A DNA stretch of 32,000 bases from Glutamicibacter phage Montesquieu. The notes under the pieces are model-generated. The model ran no database searches. It was given only the letters and a program-made list of their open reading frames with translations, and had not been told where the DNA came from. Both the position numbers and the translations under genes were made by a program. Shown here piece after piece: positions 18,436 through 27,270 of the stretch. The DNA lies in the sequence record OV696619.1. One strand, given 5' to 3'. The stretch's first letter is position 1; every line of letters starts with the position of its first letter.

Positions 18436-18720
18436 CTATCGACCTAGGCACCGAGTGGCGGATACGTCCACGACGTACTTACTGTATGTGACGTTGTTGC
18501 CGTTGATGTTCTCCAGGGCGATCTCCACCGCTTCCTGGCAGTACGCCAGATCGCGGTCGCTGGAGGTCTTTTGCGACCACAACTCCAGCTCCTTGTCCGA
18601 CAGCTGCTGGGTGACGTCCTGCAGGTCTCCGAGCTGGACGAAAATGATCACCGACTGGAGCAAGAACCCCAGGGCCAACGCCACGACGATCCACAGTGAG
18701 TTGCGGGGCTTGATGCGCAT
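18436..18720 (-). CDS. Small membrane protein, one N-terminal TM helix
   Basis: MRIKPRNSLWIVVALALGFLLQSVIIFVQLGDLQDVTQQLSDKELELW... Confidence 0.6.
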   Translation of the reverse strand: MRIKPRNSLWIVVALALGFLLQSVIIFVQLGDLQDVTQQLSDKELELWSQKTSSDRDLAYCQEAVEIALENINGNNVTYSKYVVDVSATRCLGR

Positions 18721-19004
18721 TACAGCTCCACCCATTCAGTTGCGACCTGCACCGAGTGGACGTCGTCGTTGCCTAGGACGTCGAGGAAAGCGTTGGTGGT
18801 CAGGCGGTCGCCGTAGTGCTTGTTGACGCCGGTCAAGTACCAACGGTGGTCCGCAGCGAAGATGGCTGCGTAGTTGTAGTCACGATCAGCGCCGTTGAAA
18901 CGGGACGTCGAGTCGAACTTGACTACCGTACCGGGTTCAAACTTGATCTTGGTGCCCACTGCAGCTCGCAGAGCGGCCAGGGCTTCGGGGGTGAATTCAG
19001 ACAT
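18720..19004 (-). CDS. Hypothetical protein
   Basis: MSEFTPEALAALRAAVGTKIKFEPGTVVKF...; preceded by CGAAAGGAACCATC RBS. Confidence 0.65.
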   Translation of the reverse strand: MSEFTPEALAALRAAVGTKIKFEPGTVVKFDSTSRFNGADRDYNYAAIFAADHRWYLTGVNKHYGDRLTTNAFLDVLGNDDVHSVQVATEWVEL

Positions 19005-19028
19005 GATGGTTCCTTTCGGTGGGGTGAC

Positions 19029-19057
19029 GGGGCCTGACCTAGCGTAGGCCAGACCCC
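19029..19057 (-). promoter_or_regulatory. Leader hairpin upstream of the 19004 gene
   Basis: Core CTGGCCTA-CGC-TAGGTCAG extended by GGGG/CCCC with one mismatch. Confidence 0.5.
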
Positions 19058-19071
19058 AGCGAGTTTAGTGG

Positions 19072-19275
19072 TTAGCTGCGAGCTACACGGCGGATGACGG
19101 AGTCTACCAGTGGGCCGTTCAGGTCGCTCGGGGATTCTACCATGTCCCACAGAATGTTGCAGACTCGCTCGATCTTGTCGGTGGTGAACACCTTGAAGAT
19201 ACCGTTCTTGGCGTCATACTTTTCAGCAGACTCGGTAACGATGGCCATGAATACGTCCCAGTTCGATGCAGTCAT
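19072..19275 (-). CDS. Hypothetical protein (MTASNWDVFMAIVTESAEKYD...)
   Basis: ATG directly after repeat copy D. Confidence 0.65.
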   Translation of the reverse strand: MTASNWDVFMAIVTESAEKYDAKNGIFKVFTTDKIERVCNILWDMVESPSDLNGPLVDSVIRRVARS

Positions 19276-19354
19276 TTCAGTGGTTCCTTTCGGTAGGTCG
19301 AGCTCCCTGCCCAACAAAATACAGTCTACCCTACAATTCTGCAAACGCAAAATC
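19276..19354 (-). promoter_or_regulatory. Promoter/leader repeat copy D
   Basis: 79 bp near-identical copy. Confidence 0.85.
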
Positions 19355-19380
19355 GCCCTGGAACCTAAGCTCCAGGGCGA
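19353..19380 (-). terminator. Terminator hairpin fused to repeat copy D
   Basis: 28-nt hairpin identical to the one at 11868-11895, followed by TTTTG on the minus strand. Confidence 0.85.
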
Positions 19381-19385
19381 TATTG

Positions 19386-20936
19386 TTATACGTCGTATCC
19401 GGTGAACTGCTTCTTGTCTAACGTTGCTCGGTGGTGCGCCGTCTTGGCGAGTCGGTAGGCCTTGTCAACCATGGTCTGCACGAGTTGCTGCTTGTACTTG
19501 TTCTTGGCTCCACACTCCACCCGCTTAGCTAGGCGCTCGAACAGCTCAGCGAGGTCCCCTCGGGTGGCGTTCTCCGAGCCGTCCAGCGACCTGTCCCGGG
19601 TCTCGTAGCGGTGGTTGGCGTCATGGTGTACTCGGCGGATCACCGACAGGTGGTGCTCGTTGCCATCCAAGCAGCGTTCGTTCACGTATCCGGACTGAAC
19701 CTCCAACCACAGCTGGTACTTCACCAAGTAGAGCAGCAGGTCCACGGTGGTGTCCAGCTCGTTGTCACCGGCCCCCGGCTTGCCCAGTCGGTCAACCTTG
19801 CGGGCAATGTTGGCCAAGATGCCCAGCATCTCACCGCGACGTCGCCAGCTGTCGCCGTAGGCGTTGTTCTTCTCCCGGTGGAGGAGGTCGATGAACTGGA
19901 TGAAGTTGTCGTTGATCGGAGGCTCAACTTCCTGAGTCTTCCGACGACGAGGTGACAGGTCCAGGGCCGCCATCAGGTTCATGTCCATGCTGGAGTTCTC
20001 CAGCTCCTTCTCGCCGTGGGCCCAGTCGTGCACTGCCTTGGCCCACCCAGCGAACAACGCGAAAGGCTGGTCGTTCAAAGCTTCCACCAGCGCGTTCGCA
20101 TCGAGGTTGCTTTGCAGGAAAGTCTCCAAGCGGCGCAGACCCCGGTGGAACTCTGACCACCGCGCCTCCGTATCGTCGATCAGGATGGAGGCCTGGTGCT
20201 CAAGAATCTGCGAGCGGTCCGAGGAGCTCACAGCGTCCGACTCGGCTCCCTGGACAACTCCACGAGCGCGGTCCCAGTGGTGCTCGTACAGGTGCAGCGA
20301 GGTCGTGGAGAAGGTCAGTGAACCGGGTTGGGTCTTGGTCAGGAACGCCACTACCTGAGTCAGGAAGGTCCACTCGAAAGCGTTGATCCCACTCAGGCCC
20401 CAGAAGGCGTCATTCGAGCGGATAGCGACGTGGGTGTGCAGCTTTCCGTTGCGGATTGCGAAGCTCAGCCAGTTGTTGCAAGGGACGTCCTTGGTTTCCT
20501 GGAAGTCCTCCGCTGGGTCGAAGATGTTGATCACCGCACGGCGGCTGCCCTGGTCGGCGTTCAGCGCGTCCACTACGTTGCGTAGCTGATCCACGCCACC
20601 CCAGTTGCGAATTCGTGGGCCGTAGGCTCCACGCCAGGTGACACCATCGTCGCTGAAGTCCTTGGCCCGGGGCAGGAAAGGCTCGATGAACTTGATGTCG
20701 TCTCGGCCTGACAGCAGCCACACCGTCTCGGCGATCTGGGCTGGCAGCGACGCCTTGCGGCGGAAGTTGGTCGAATAGGGGTTCTGGTGTGGGTCAGAGA
20801 GGTGGACCCGCGCCATGAGGATCTCCTTCGCCTTGCCGTTGCGGGAGTCCACGTAGTGGCCTTCGGTGAGCAATGCGTCCAAGATTCCAGGAAGCGCGTC
20901 CGACAAGGTCGGTGCCTCGAAAACGGTGTTGATCAT
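19386..20936 (-). CDS. Thymidylate-synthase-family protein (candidate dUMP hydroxymethylase) fused to an Nmad1/DUF1599-like domain
   Basis: 'GSRRAVINIFDP..KDVPCNNWLSFAIRNGKLHTHVAIRSNDAFWGLSGINAFEWTFL....TFSTTSLHLYEHHWD' TS-family motifs. C-terminal 'REKNNAYGDSWRRRGEMLGILANIARKVDRLGKPG...DTTVDLLLYLVKYQLWL' resembles Nmad1. Confidence 0.75.
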   Translation of the reverse strand: MINTVFEAPTLSDALPGILDALLTEGHYVDSRNGKAKEILMARVHLSDPHQNPYSTNFRRKASLPAQIAETVWLLSGRDDIKFIEPFLPRAKDFSDDGVTWRGAYGPRIRNWGGVDQLRNVVDALNADQGSRRAVINIFDPAEDFQETKDVPCNNWLSFAIRNGKLHTHVAIRSNDAFWGLSGINAFEWTFLTQVVAFLTKTQPGSLTFSTTSLHLYEHHWDRARGVVQGAESDAVSSSDRSQILEHQASILIDDTEARWSEFHRGLRRLETFLQSNLDANALVEALNDQPFALFAGWAKAVHDWAHGEKELENSSMDMNLMAALDLSPRRRKTQEVEPPINDNFIQFIDLLHREKNNAYGDSWRRRGEMLGILANIARKVDRLGKPGAGDNELDTTVDLLLYLVKYQLWLEVQSGYVNERCLDGNEHHLSVIRRVHHDANHRYETRDRSLDGSENATRGDLAELFERLAKRVECGAKNKYKQQLVQTMVDKAYRLAKTAHHRATLDKKQFTGYDV

Positions 20937-20979
20937 TGTGGTTCCTTTCGGTTGGGCCGGTTGGCCATTGATAATTGTA

Positions 20980-21957
20980 CTACTTGTTGTAGACTTCGTT
21001 GGCCCAGTGGGCCGGGAGCTGGATCTCAAGTGGCTTGAGAGGCTTGAACTTCTTGCCTGACGCCGCCGCTTTCAGAGGGTCCTTGGCGACCTGTCCTGCT
21101 AGTTTGACATACTTGCTGAACTCACACAAACAGTTCTGAACGTCCATCAGGGAGAGCTTGCGTTCTCCTCCACCAGGGAGCTCCAGCGGCTCCACGTTCA
21201 AAGCCGACTGGAGCTTCTGGATGAGCAGCATGTACTGGATGTTGTAGTAGTCCTGTGGAGCTGCCTCGGAGCCGAACAGGTACTGCATCCCCTTGCGACT
21301 ACCGGGGCCACCCACCACTCGGTAATTCTCGTTGCCCAGGTGGTGCTCGGAGTAGTTGACATCCGTGACGATCTGCTGCGCCAAGAAAGGACCGACTCGG
21401 AAAGCCTTCTCCAACGCCACCATCCTACCAAACATTGAGTTAGCCTGGAAGAACTGCTTGCCCACGTAGGCTGAACCTTCTGGGTGGAAGTGGTCGAAGA
21501 AGTGCTTCGGTGCGATCTCGTGCTTCTTCTGGCCCATCGATTCACGTCCGAATGACAGCGTATAGCTCGGCCGGAAGATGTTGGCTCTACGGGTTTCGTG
21601 AGCCCACTTCATCGCGCTCTCCAGCGTGCCGTCCTGCATGTCCTCCAAGGATGGCAGGCCAACCTCGGAGATGTACAACTTCCAGAACTTCGGTTCGTTG
21701 GTCATGCGATACATGGCTGCACGAGCCAAGGTGGTGTGCTGGTCAGGCTGGTCTGCCAACAGATCCTTGATGAAGAACTGACTGCCCCGGTCGAGCACCC
21801 GGTAGGAGTTGCAGAAGCGGTTCTGCTGGAGGATCAGGTCGTTGGTCCACTCCTCCTGGGGTAGGCCCTTCTGGCGACGCAGGAAGACCCGGTGACGCTC
21901 TGCCGAGAAAGACAGGAACTTCTGGATCATGGGTGGGTTTTCTACTACGTTTTTCAC
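20980..21957 (-). CDS. aGPT-pyrophosphorylase-like protein, clade-3-like
   Basis: 'SAERHRVFLRRQKGLPQEEWTNDLILQQNRFCNSYRVLDRGSQF' resembles the 'ERhrv..rr..G.p.PWT.DpIL...RFcNvyR..Dr.t' signature. GTG start after GGAAGGAC. Confidence 0.5.
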   Translation of the reverse strand: MKNVVENPPMIQKFLSFSAERHRVFLRRQKGLPQEEWTNDLILQQNRFCNSYRVLDRGSQFFIKDLLADQPDQHTTLARAAMYRMTNEPKFWKLYISEVGLPSLEDMQDGTLESAMKWAHETRRANIFRPSYTLSFGRESMGQKKHEIAPKHFFDHFHPEGSAYVGKQFFQANSMFGRMVALEKAFRVGPFLAQQIVTDVNYSEHHLGNENYRVVGGPGSRKGMQYLFGSEAAPQDYYNIQYMLLIQKLQSALNVEPLELPGGGERKLSLMDVQNCLCEFSKYVKLAGQVAKDPLKAAASGKKFKPLKPLEIQLPAHWANEVYNK

Positions 21958-21959
21958 GG

Positions 21960-23846
21960 TCAGTCCTTCCGATAGCGGGGGCAATGGTAGCCTTCCGCGT
22001 CCAAGGGGAGACCTTCGGTCCAGTCGGATCCGGTGGTCATAATTCGAGTAATTTCGTCGATGGGGTGGAGGCCTTCCACACCGATCTCATCGTGCACGTG
22101 CAAGGCGACTTGGTAGTCCGCCTCGTGGAGCCGAACTAGGGCCTCCGCCAGGATGTCTCGGGCCACTGCCTGAGTCACGTTCTCAGTGAGCCTGCCACCA
22201 TAGGTGTCCTTGCGGAAGCCAGGCTTCTGTGGATCCAGGTAGCTGAGCCGGAGGCGTTCCCGACCCCACCGGTCGATCTCCCGCTTGCCTCGGACATCGT
22301 GGTAAACGATCGACCGGCCTGAAGGCAACTCGATCATGCGGTCCCTGCCGTCACGGTGGACGGTCATGAGCTTACCGACTCGGCCTCCACGCTTGAAGGA
22401 CTCCTCCATCTCAGGCCACAGGCGAGCGATACGAGGGTTGGCGTCACGCCACTGGTTCACTAGGAACCGAAGCTGCTCTTCCGAGCCCTCCGCACCCATG
22501 GCCCCCAGGGAGCCCACGCCGCCGTTGTAGCCTAGTGCCAGGACCGCGACCTTGCCCTCCTTGCGGGTCATGCCTTGGCCCATGCGCTCAGCGGTCTCAA
22601 CGTAGATGTCACGACCGGCGCTGAAGGCGTCCAAGGCCCACCGCTCGTTGGCCAGCCACGCCAGCACTCGAGCTTCAATTGCGGAGTAGTCAACTACGGT
22701 GTAAGGGCCTACGAACATCGACCGCACGAGGGACTTCAGCTGGTTCGGAGTAGTGTCTCCCGAGAGCTTCAGATCCAGGATCGTCTCTGCGATCAGGTCG
22801 TCTGGTCGTGGGTGGTCCTTGTCCAGCGCAGCCGACGGCAGGTTCTGCAGCTGCACACCGCGACCCGCCCAGCGACCGGTGTGAGCACCGAAGTACTGGA
22901 ATGAGCCTCTCACGCGTCCATCTGAGTTCACGCGGGCGAGTGCCGCCGAATACTTCGACGAGGCCACCAGGGCCAGCTCCAGCCTCAAAGAGAGGACTTC
23001 CCGGATGAGCCCCTCGTGCTTGTGCTTCGCCAGCTTCTTGCTGGACAGGAACTTCTCCACCGAGGCTTTCTTCAGGTCGGGAAGCTCGACCCCAACTGAA
23101 GCCAGCCAAGCGGACATCTGCTTCACACTGCCTGGGTTCTGCACCCCGGTCAGCTCAATGATCCGTAGCTCCTGCACCATGCGGTTGGTCTCAGCTGAGT
23201 CCACTGCCGCCTCGGCCATCTCGACGTCGAGCTGAATGCCTCGGTCGTTGACCAGCTGGTCGGAGACGTAGACGGATTCTTCTGACCACGGCAGCTCGGT
23301 GTCGCCTTCAGGCAGCAGCTGCTCTTCAATGCCGTTCATGGTGTGGACGTCCTGGACACAGTAGTCGCAGAACTTCTGCCACTTCTCTGGGTCGTCCTCC
23401 GGCTGATTGAACTTGCCGTCACGGCGGGGGATCGAGAAGAACCTGATGAGCGCGGTGCCTGCTGCGTCCTTCTTGGCCCCGCCTAGGGCTTCAGCCGACT
23501 TCTCGAGTGACCGGGGGTAGCCATAGATCGCAGCCAGAGCTGCGGTGTCAATGAACCGGCGCGGGTCGAGGTACTCACCGACAGGCAAGCCGGAGTGAGC
23601 CGAGAAGCAGATGCGCTCGAAGTTGGCGTTGTGGGCCACGATGAAAGTCTCTGGGTCGTAGAGGCCCGGGATAGCGTCAATCTCTTCACGTCCCACTGCG
23701 ATCTGAACGTTCTCGAGGTCGCTAGACCAAGCACACATGAGAATCTCGAAGTCGGGACACTCCACGTACCTGTATACGCCGGACTTGAGCAAGTCGACGC
23801 GGGACCGAGTTTCAATATCGAGCCGAAGAATTTTAGGGGTATTCAT
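21960..23846 (-). CDS. DNA polymerase family A with 3'-5' exonuclease domain
   Basis: 'LRLDIETRSRVDLLKSGVYRYVE' exo motif, 'YTVVDYSAIEARVLAWLANE' motif A, 'KVAVLALGYNGGVGSLG' motif B, 'VALHVHDEIG' motif C. Confidence 0.95.
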   Translation of the reverse strand: MNTPKILRLDIETRSRVDLLKSGVYRYVECPDFEILMCAWSSDLENVQIAVGREEIDAIPGLYDPETFIVAHNANFERICFSAHSGLPVGEYLDPRRFIDTAALAAIYGYPRSLEKSAEALGGAKKDAAGTALIRFFSIPRRDGKFNQPEDDPEKWQKFCDYCVQDVHTMNGIEEQLLPEGDTELPWSEESVYVSDQLVNDRGIQLDVEMAEAAVDSAETNRMVQELRIIELTGVQNPGSVKQMSAWLASVGVELPDLKKASVEKFLSSKKLAKHKHEGLIREVLSLRLELALVASSKYSAALARVNSDGRVRGSFQYFGAHTGRWAGRGVQLQNLPSAALDKDHPRPDDLIAETILDLKLSGDTTPNQLKSLVRSMFVGPYTVVDYSAIEARVLAWLANERWALDAFSAGRDIYVETAERMGQGMTRKEGKVAVLALGYNGGVGSLGAMGAEGSEEQLRFLVNQWRDANPRIARLWPEMEESFKRGGRVGKLMTVHRDGRDRMIELPSGRSIVYHDVRGKREIDRWGRERLRLSYLDPQKPGFRKDTYGGRLTENVTQAVARDILAEALVRLHEADYQVALHVHDEIGVEGLHPIDEITRIMTTGSDWTEGLPLDAEGYHCPRYRKD

Positions 23847-23867
23847 GTCTTCCTTGGGGTAAAGAAA

Positions 23868-23917
23868 CGGCGCTCCCTAGGCGGTTAGGAACCACCGAAA
23901 ACGCATAGGGAGCGCCG
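23868..23917 (-). promoter_or_regulatory. Long-stem structured leader / terminator-attenuator upstream of the DNA polymerase gene
   Basis: 12-bp perfect outer stem CGGCGCTCCCTA/TAGGGAGCGCCG with inner GGTGGTT-CCT-AACCGCC hairpin, followed on minus by TTTCTTT. Confidence 0.75.
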
Positions 23918-23953
23918 CTACTATCTTAGCTTACCGGGTGAGGCGCTGAAGAG

Positions 23954-24526
23954 CTAAATCAGATCGTCGTCATCGTCGTCATCGTCCAAGGCGTCGAAGT
24001 CATCCGCAGCTCGGGACGAACCGGCAAAGGCTTCACCGTCTCGCAGCTTCTGAACGTTGTTCAGACCGAAGCTGACACCCTTGGAACCCTGGAAGGAGTA
24101 GGCGAAAGCGTTGATCGAAACTCGGGCATACATGCCGGAGTAGACCTCAGTCTGGTCGATCAGCTCGACGAGCGAACGGTCCACCAGACCCGGCTTCGTC
24201 TTGGACGAGACGTTCATGAACATCATGCCCTCGTACTCCGGGTTGCGCTCGAGGTCGGCTTCTTCGTCGCCGTCACGCAAGGTGTTCTTCCAGACCTTCG
24301 GGATCTTGCCACCGAAGACCTTGCCTGCGCCCTCCTCCAGAGCGGCCTGCTGCGCACGCTTGATCTTCTTGATGGTCGCGGTGTCTTCCTTCGGGATCAG
24401 GAGGACGGTGGAGAACTTCGGGTCGGCACCTGGCTGAGGAGCTCGTGGAGTCAGCAAGTTGGCGTAGGCCAGACGAACTTCTCCGGTGATGACCTTGGTC
24501 GGCTTTGCAGCGTTGTTGGTAGCCAC
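23954..24526 (-). CDS. DUF2815-like putative ssDNA-binding protein with acidic tail
   Basis: 'TKVITGEVRLAYANLLTPRAPQPGADPKFSTVLLIPKEDTATIKKIKRAQQAALEEG' and C-terminal DDFDALDDDDDDDDLI. GTG start preferred. Confidence 0.75.
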   Translation of the reverse strand: MATNNAAKPTKVITGEVRLAYANLLTPRAPQPGADPKFSTVLLIPKEDTATIKKIKRAQQAALEEGAGKVFGGKIPKVWKNTLRDGDEEADLERNPEYEGMMFMNVSSKTKPGLVDRSLVELIDQTEVYSGMYARVSINAFAYSFQGSKGVSFGLNNVQKLRDGEAFAGSSRAADDFDALDDDDDDDDLI

Positions 24527-24610
24527 GATGGGCTCTCTTTCTGTTTGTTCGGTTTCACGGTGTGTCGGAGTTGACACGATAATCCTACCCTGTTTGGGTA
24601 GAGGGGTAAA

Positions 24611-25798
24611 TTACTGGAAGTCCTTGACGGCTTCCGAGGTGGGGGAGATAGCGGCCCGCTTGTCGGCTTCAGGTGCCAGTGATGGCTTGCCTGGAGTCTT
24701 GACCAGCAGGTCACCGAGGACCCCCGGGAGGTTGGTCTTTCCGACCAGCTTCTCCAGCACGCCCAGGCCCTTGGGCTTGAACTCAGTGACCTGCTCGGCG
24801 GTGAAGCCTGCATCGATCAATGTCTGGATAGCGGCGGTGGCGTCAGTGATCTGGCGACGTCCGCCGGAGCGGACAACCTTCCAGCCCGGGATCTCCTTGC
24901 CTTGCGAGTACGCTGCATCTAGTGCATAGCCCTCGACGGCGGAGCACCAGCTCCGGATCTCACTGACCCGGCCCAATACTTCGCCCAGCTCCTCCAGGGA
25001 CAGCGTGTCCGGCTGCTCCCCAAAGTCGTCCTGAGTGTTCTTTTCCATGCGAGCTCGGCAGATGCCTGCCAGCGGGCACCAACGGCACGCGGTGTCCGAA
25101 GGTGCGAACTCACCCTGCTCGTCGTCCAGAGCGGCTTCCGCCGCCGGTCGAGCTACGTTCTCGCGCCACTCACGGATCTCCTCGGCCGACAGCTCCTCGG
25201 TCGAGGTGTTGCCGAGCCGTGGCTGGAACACAGTGGTTCGGACAATCTCGGTGTCACCGAGAAGATCCCCAAAGGTGTCCAGCGACCCCAGGCCATACAA
25301 GCGGAGCTGGGAGTTCTCGACTGCTGAGACTGGCACCCCAGCTCCGTACTTGAGGTCAATGATCTCGATGTGAGTTGGAGACACGATCACGGTGTCACTG
25401 GTTCCCCAGCAGGTGGGGACACCGGTGTCGACTCGCTCTTCGAACATCACGGTGCTGTTCGGGAACATTGCCATACGTTCCTCGATCAGCTCGATGTAGC
25501 GCTCAATGTGGCGCTCCATGTCCTGGCGAGTCCCAGGCTCGTACTCCTCCGCCTCGAACATCAGCACCCACTCGTCCTTCTTGCGAGCGTAGGTGGCTGC
25601 ATCGTCGATGCGGAAGTGGTAGCGAGCTTCGATCTCTCCCAGTTCGTGGGCGATCGTACCTTCACGAGCGAATGACGACTCGTCGTGGGCTGGGATAACG
25701 TTGTTGCTCCGGGCTTCCTCAATAGCTCGTACTGAGGCGGTGCAGGTGAGCCAGCGGCTAGATGCCGAAGGGCTGAGTTTTGCGTGTGCACTTGGCAT
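24611..25798 (-). CDS. DUF2800-like / RecB-Cas4-like PD-(D/E)XK nuclease
   Basis: 'LSPSASSRWLTCTASVRA', 'IEIIDLKYGAGVPV', C-terminal Cys cluster 'ACRWCPLAGICRAR'. Confidence 0.8.
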   Translation of the reverse strand: MPSAHAKLSPSASSRWLTCTASVRAIEEARSNNVIPAHDESSFAREGTIAHELGEIEARYHFRIDDAATYARKKDEWVLMFEAEEYEPGTRQDMERHIERYIELIEERMAMFPNSTVMFEERVDTGVPTCWGTSDTVIVSPTHIEIIDLKYGAGVPVSAVENSQLRLYGLGSLDTFGDLLGDTEIVRTTVFQPRLGNTSTEELSAEEIREWRENVARPAAEAALDDEQGEFAPSDTACRWCPLAGICRARMEKNTQDDFGEQPDTLSLEELGEVLGRVSEIRSWCSAVEGYALDAAYSQGKEIPGWKVVRSGGRRQITDATAAIQTLIDAGFTAEQVTEFKPKGLGVLEKLVGKTNLPGVLGDLLVKTPGKPSLAPEADKRAAISPTSEAVKDFQ

Positions 25799-25815
25799 TT
25801 TGCCGCTCCGTCTGA

Positions 25816-26286
25816 TTAGTTGTTGAGTTCCATGGCGTCGAACAAGGTCTGGAGGTCCTTGTCCTTGACCTCGGAGACCTTCTTGGCACCGACCGACTGC
25901 AAGGCCGAGCGGACACCGGCGGAGTTGCCACCGGACACCATCTGGCCTGCCAGCTCGACAACCTTGGCACGGAGATCTTCCTCACCGTCGTCGCCGTCTT
26001 CAGCCAGCTCCTCCTGCAGAGTCTTAGGCTCTTCCTCAGCTTCGGCTTCAGCAGCGGCCTTGGCGGCCTTCTCCGCCTCGATCTCGGCCTTGGTGCGACG
26101 AGTGCGCTTTGGCTTCTCTGGAGCGGCTGGAGCGGCGGTTTCCGCCTTGGCTGGCTCGGTGACCTTCACGTCGCCAACCTGGGTGGTGACAGCGGACTTG
26201 CCAGCCAGCGCGTCCAGGATATCCTGCTCCTTGCCGGTGAAAGTGCCTTCGGTGTCAGCCTGGATGGTGATGTTGATGTTCAACAT
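25816..26286 (-). CDS. Hypothetical protein with Ala/Lys/Glu-rich linker
   Basis: MLNINITIQADTEGTFTGKEQDILDALAG...KPKRTRRTKAEIEAEKAAKAAAEAEAEEEP... Confidence 0.6.
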   Translation of the reverse strand: MLNINITIQADTEGTFTGKEQDILDALAGKSAVTTQVGDVKVTEPAKAETAAPAAPEKPKRTRRTKAEIEAEKAAKAAAEAEAEEEPKTLQEELAEDGDDGEEDLRAKVVELAGQMVSGGNSAGVRSALQSVGAKKVSEVKDKDLQTLFDAMELNN

Positions 26287-26308
26287 GGTGATTCCTTTCG
26301 GGGTAAGT

Positions 26309-26335
26309 GGGTGGCCCGGCCTCTCCAGGCCACCC
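26309..26335 (-). promoter_or_regulatory. Leader hairpin upstream of the 26286 start
   Basis: GGGTGGCCTGG-AGAGG-CCGGGCCACCC (11 bp including G.U), followed by CGAAAGGAATCACC-ATG. Confidence 0.6.
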
Positions 26336-26343
26336 GGTGTTTC

Positions 26344-27183
26344 CTAGCTGGTCAGAACTTCAGCGCTGACCAGCTTAGGACGCTTGTAGAAGCCGTGAGT
26401 GTGATCCTCACGAGCCGGGGAGACAGTCGCCTCGAGCACCACGTTGGTGCCGTTCAGCTTCTTCTCCCCGTCGCCAGCCATTTCGTTCATGATCTTGGCG
26501 GGGATAGTTCCCCAATAAGTTTGCCCGTTCACCTGGCGAATGCCAAACTTGTAGACAGTTCCGTACTGGGTTTCCTGGTACTTGGCCCCGTAGACAGTGC
26601 CAGCAATAGTCTGCTTGCCCTCCACCACGGGGGTGGTGTCGGCCTTGGCTGCTTCGCGATCCGCTGCGATCTGCTTGCGGTCGATGTGGCGCTTGATGGC
26701 GTCGGCACCGGCCTCGATCTGCTTCTCGCTCAGAGCCTTTGGGTCGAACTTGCCGAAGCCGTTGAGCTGGCTCCAGAGCTGGTCCACGAACTGGATGTAG
26801 TTGGGGTTGTTCTCCCACACGTAGTCGTTGCCCCAGCCGGAAGTCAGGATGTCCGAGTCCTTGGTGAGCGTAGCCCACTCGGAGCGGACTGCGGCGGCCT
26901 CGGCCAGGTACTGCTCCGTCTTCGCCCTGTTCAAGCGAACCTTGTTCTGGTAGCGGACGTCGCGCTTGGCTTCCTTGCGAGCGTCGCCTACGGTGTAGCT
27001 GAACTCGAGTCCAGCGACACCGTCGCAACCGTAGCAGACACCGTTATCGATTCGAGCGTACTCGGTCAGGTGTCCAGTTCCACCACAGCGACCGCACTGG
27101 TACGTGTACAAGACCTCGGCGTCATCCTTGCCCAGGTGTGGGTCAACATAAGCGACTCGGTCGTACTTGATTCGTGCAGCCAT
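26344..27183 (-). CDS. Zinc-ribbon-containing phage protein
   Basis: 'YQCGRCGGTGHLTEYARIDNGVCYGCDGVAG' double CxxC ribbon; C-terminal OB-like region. Confidence 0.65.
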   Translation of the reverse strand: MAARIKYDRVAYVDPHLGKDDAEVLYTYQCGRCGGTGHLTEYARIDNGVCYGCDGVAGLEFSYTVGDARKEAKRDVRYQNKVRLNRAKTEQYLAEAAAVRSEWATLTKDSDILTSGWGNDYVWENNPNYIQFVDQLWSQLNGFGKFDPKALSEKQIEAGADAIKRHIDRKQIAADREAAKADTTPVVEGKQTIAGTVYGAKYQETQYGTVYKFGIRQVNGQTYWGTIPAKIMNEMAGDGEKKLNGTNVVLEATVSPAREDHTHGFYKRPKLVSAEVLTS

Positions 27184-27261
27184 TTCGTGGTTCCTTTCGG
27201 TAGGTCGAGCTCCGTGCCCAACAAAATACAGTCTACCCTACAATTCTGCAAACGCAAAATC
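27184..27261 (-). promoter_or_regulatory. Promoter/leader repeat copy E
   Basis: 78-bp copy, one base shorter before ATG, with TTTTGCGTTTGCAGAATTGTAGGGTAGACTGTATTTTGTTGGGCA. Confidence 0.85.
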
Positions 27262-27270
27262 CTTGTAGAA

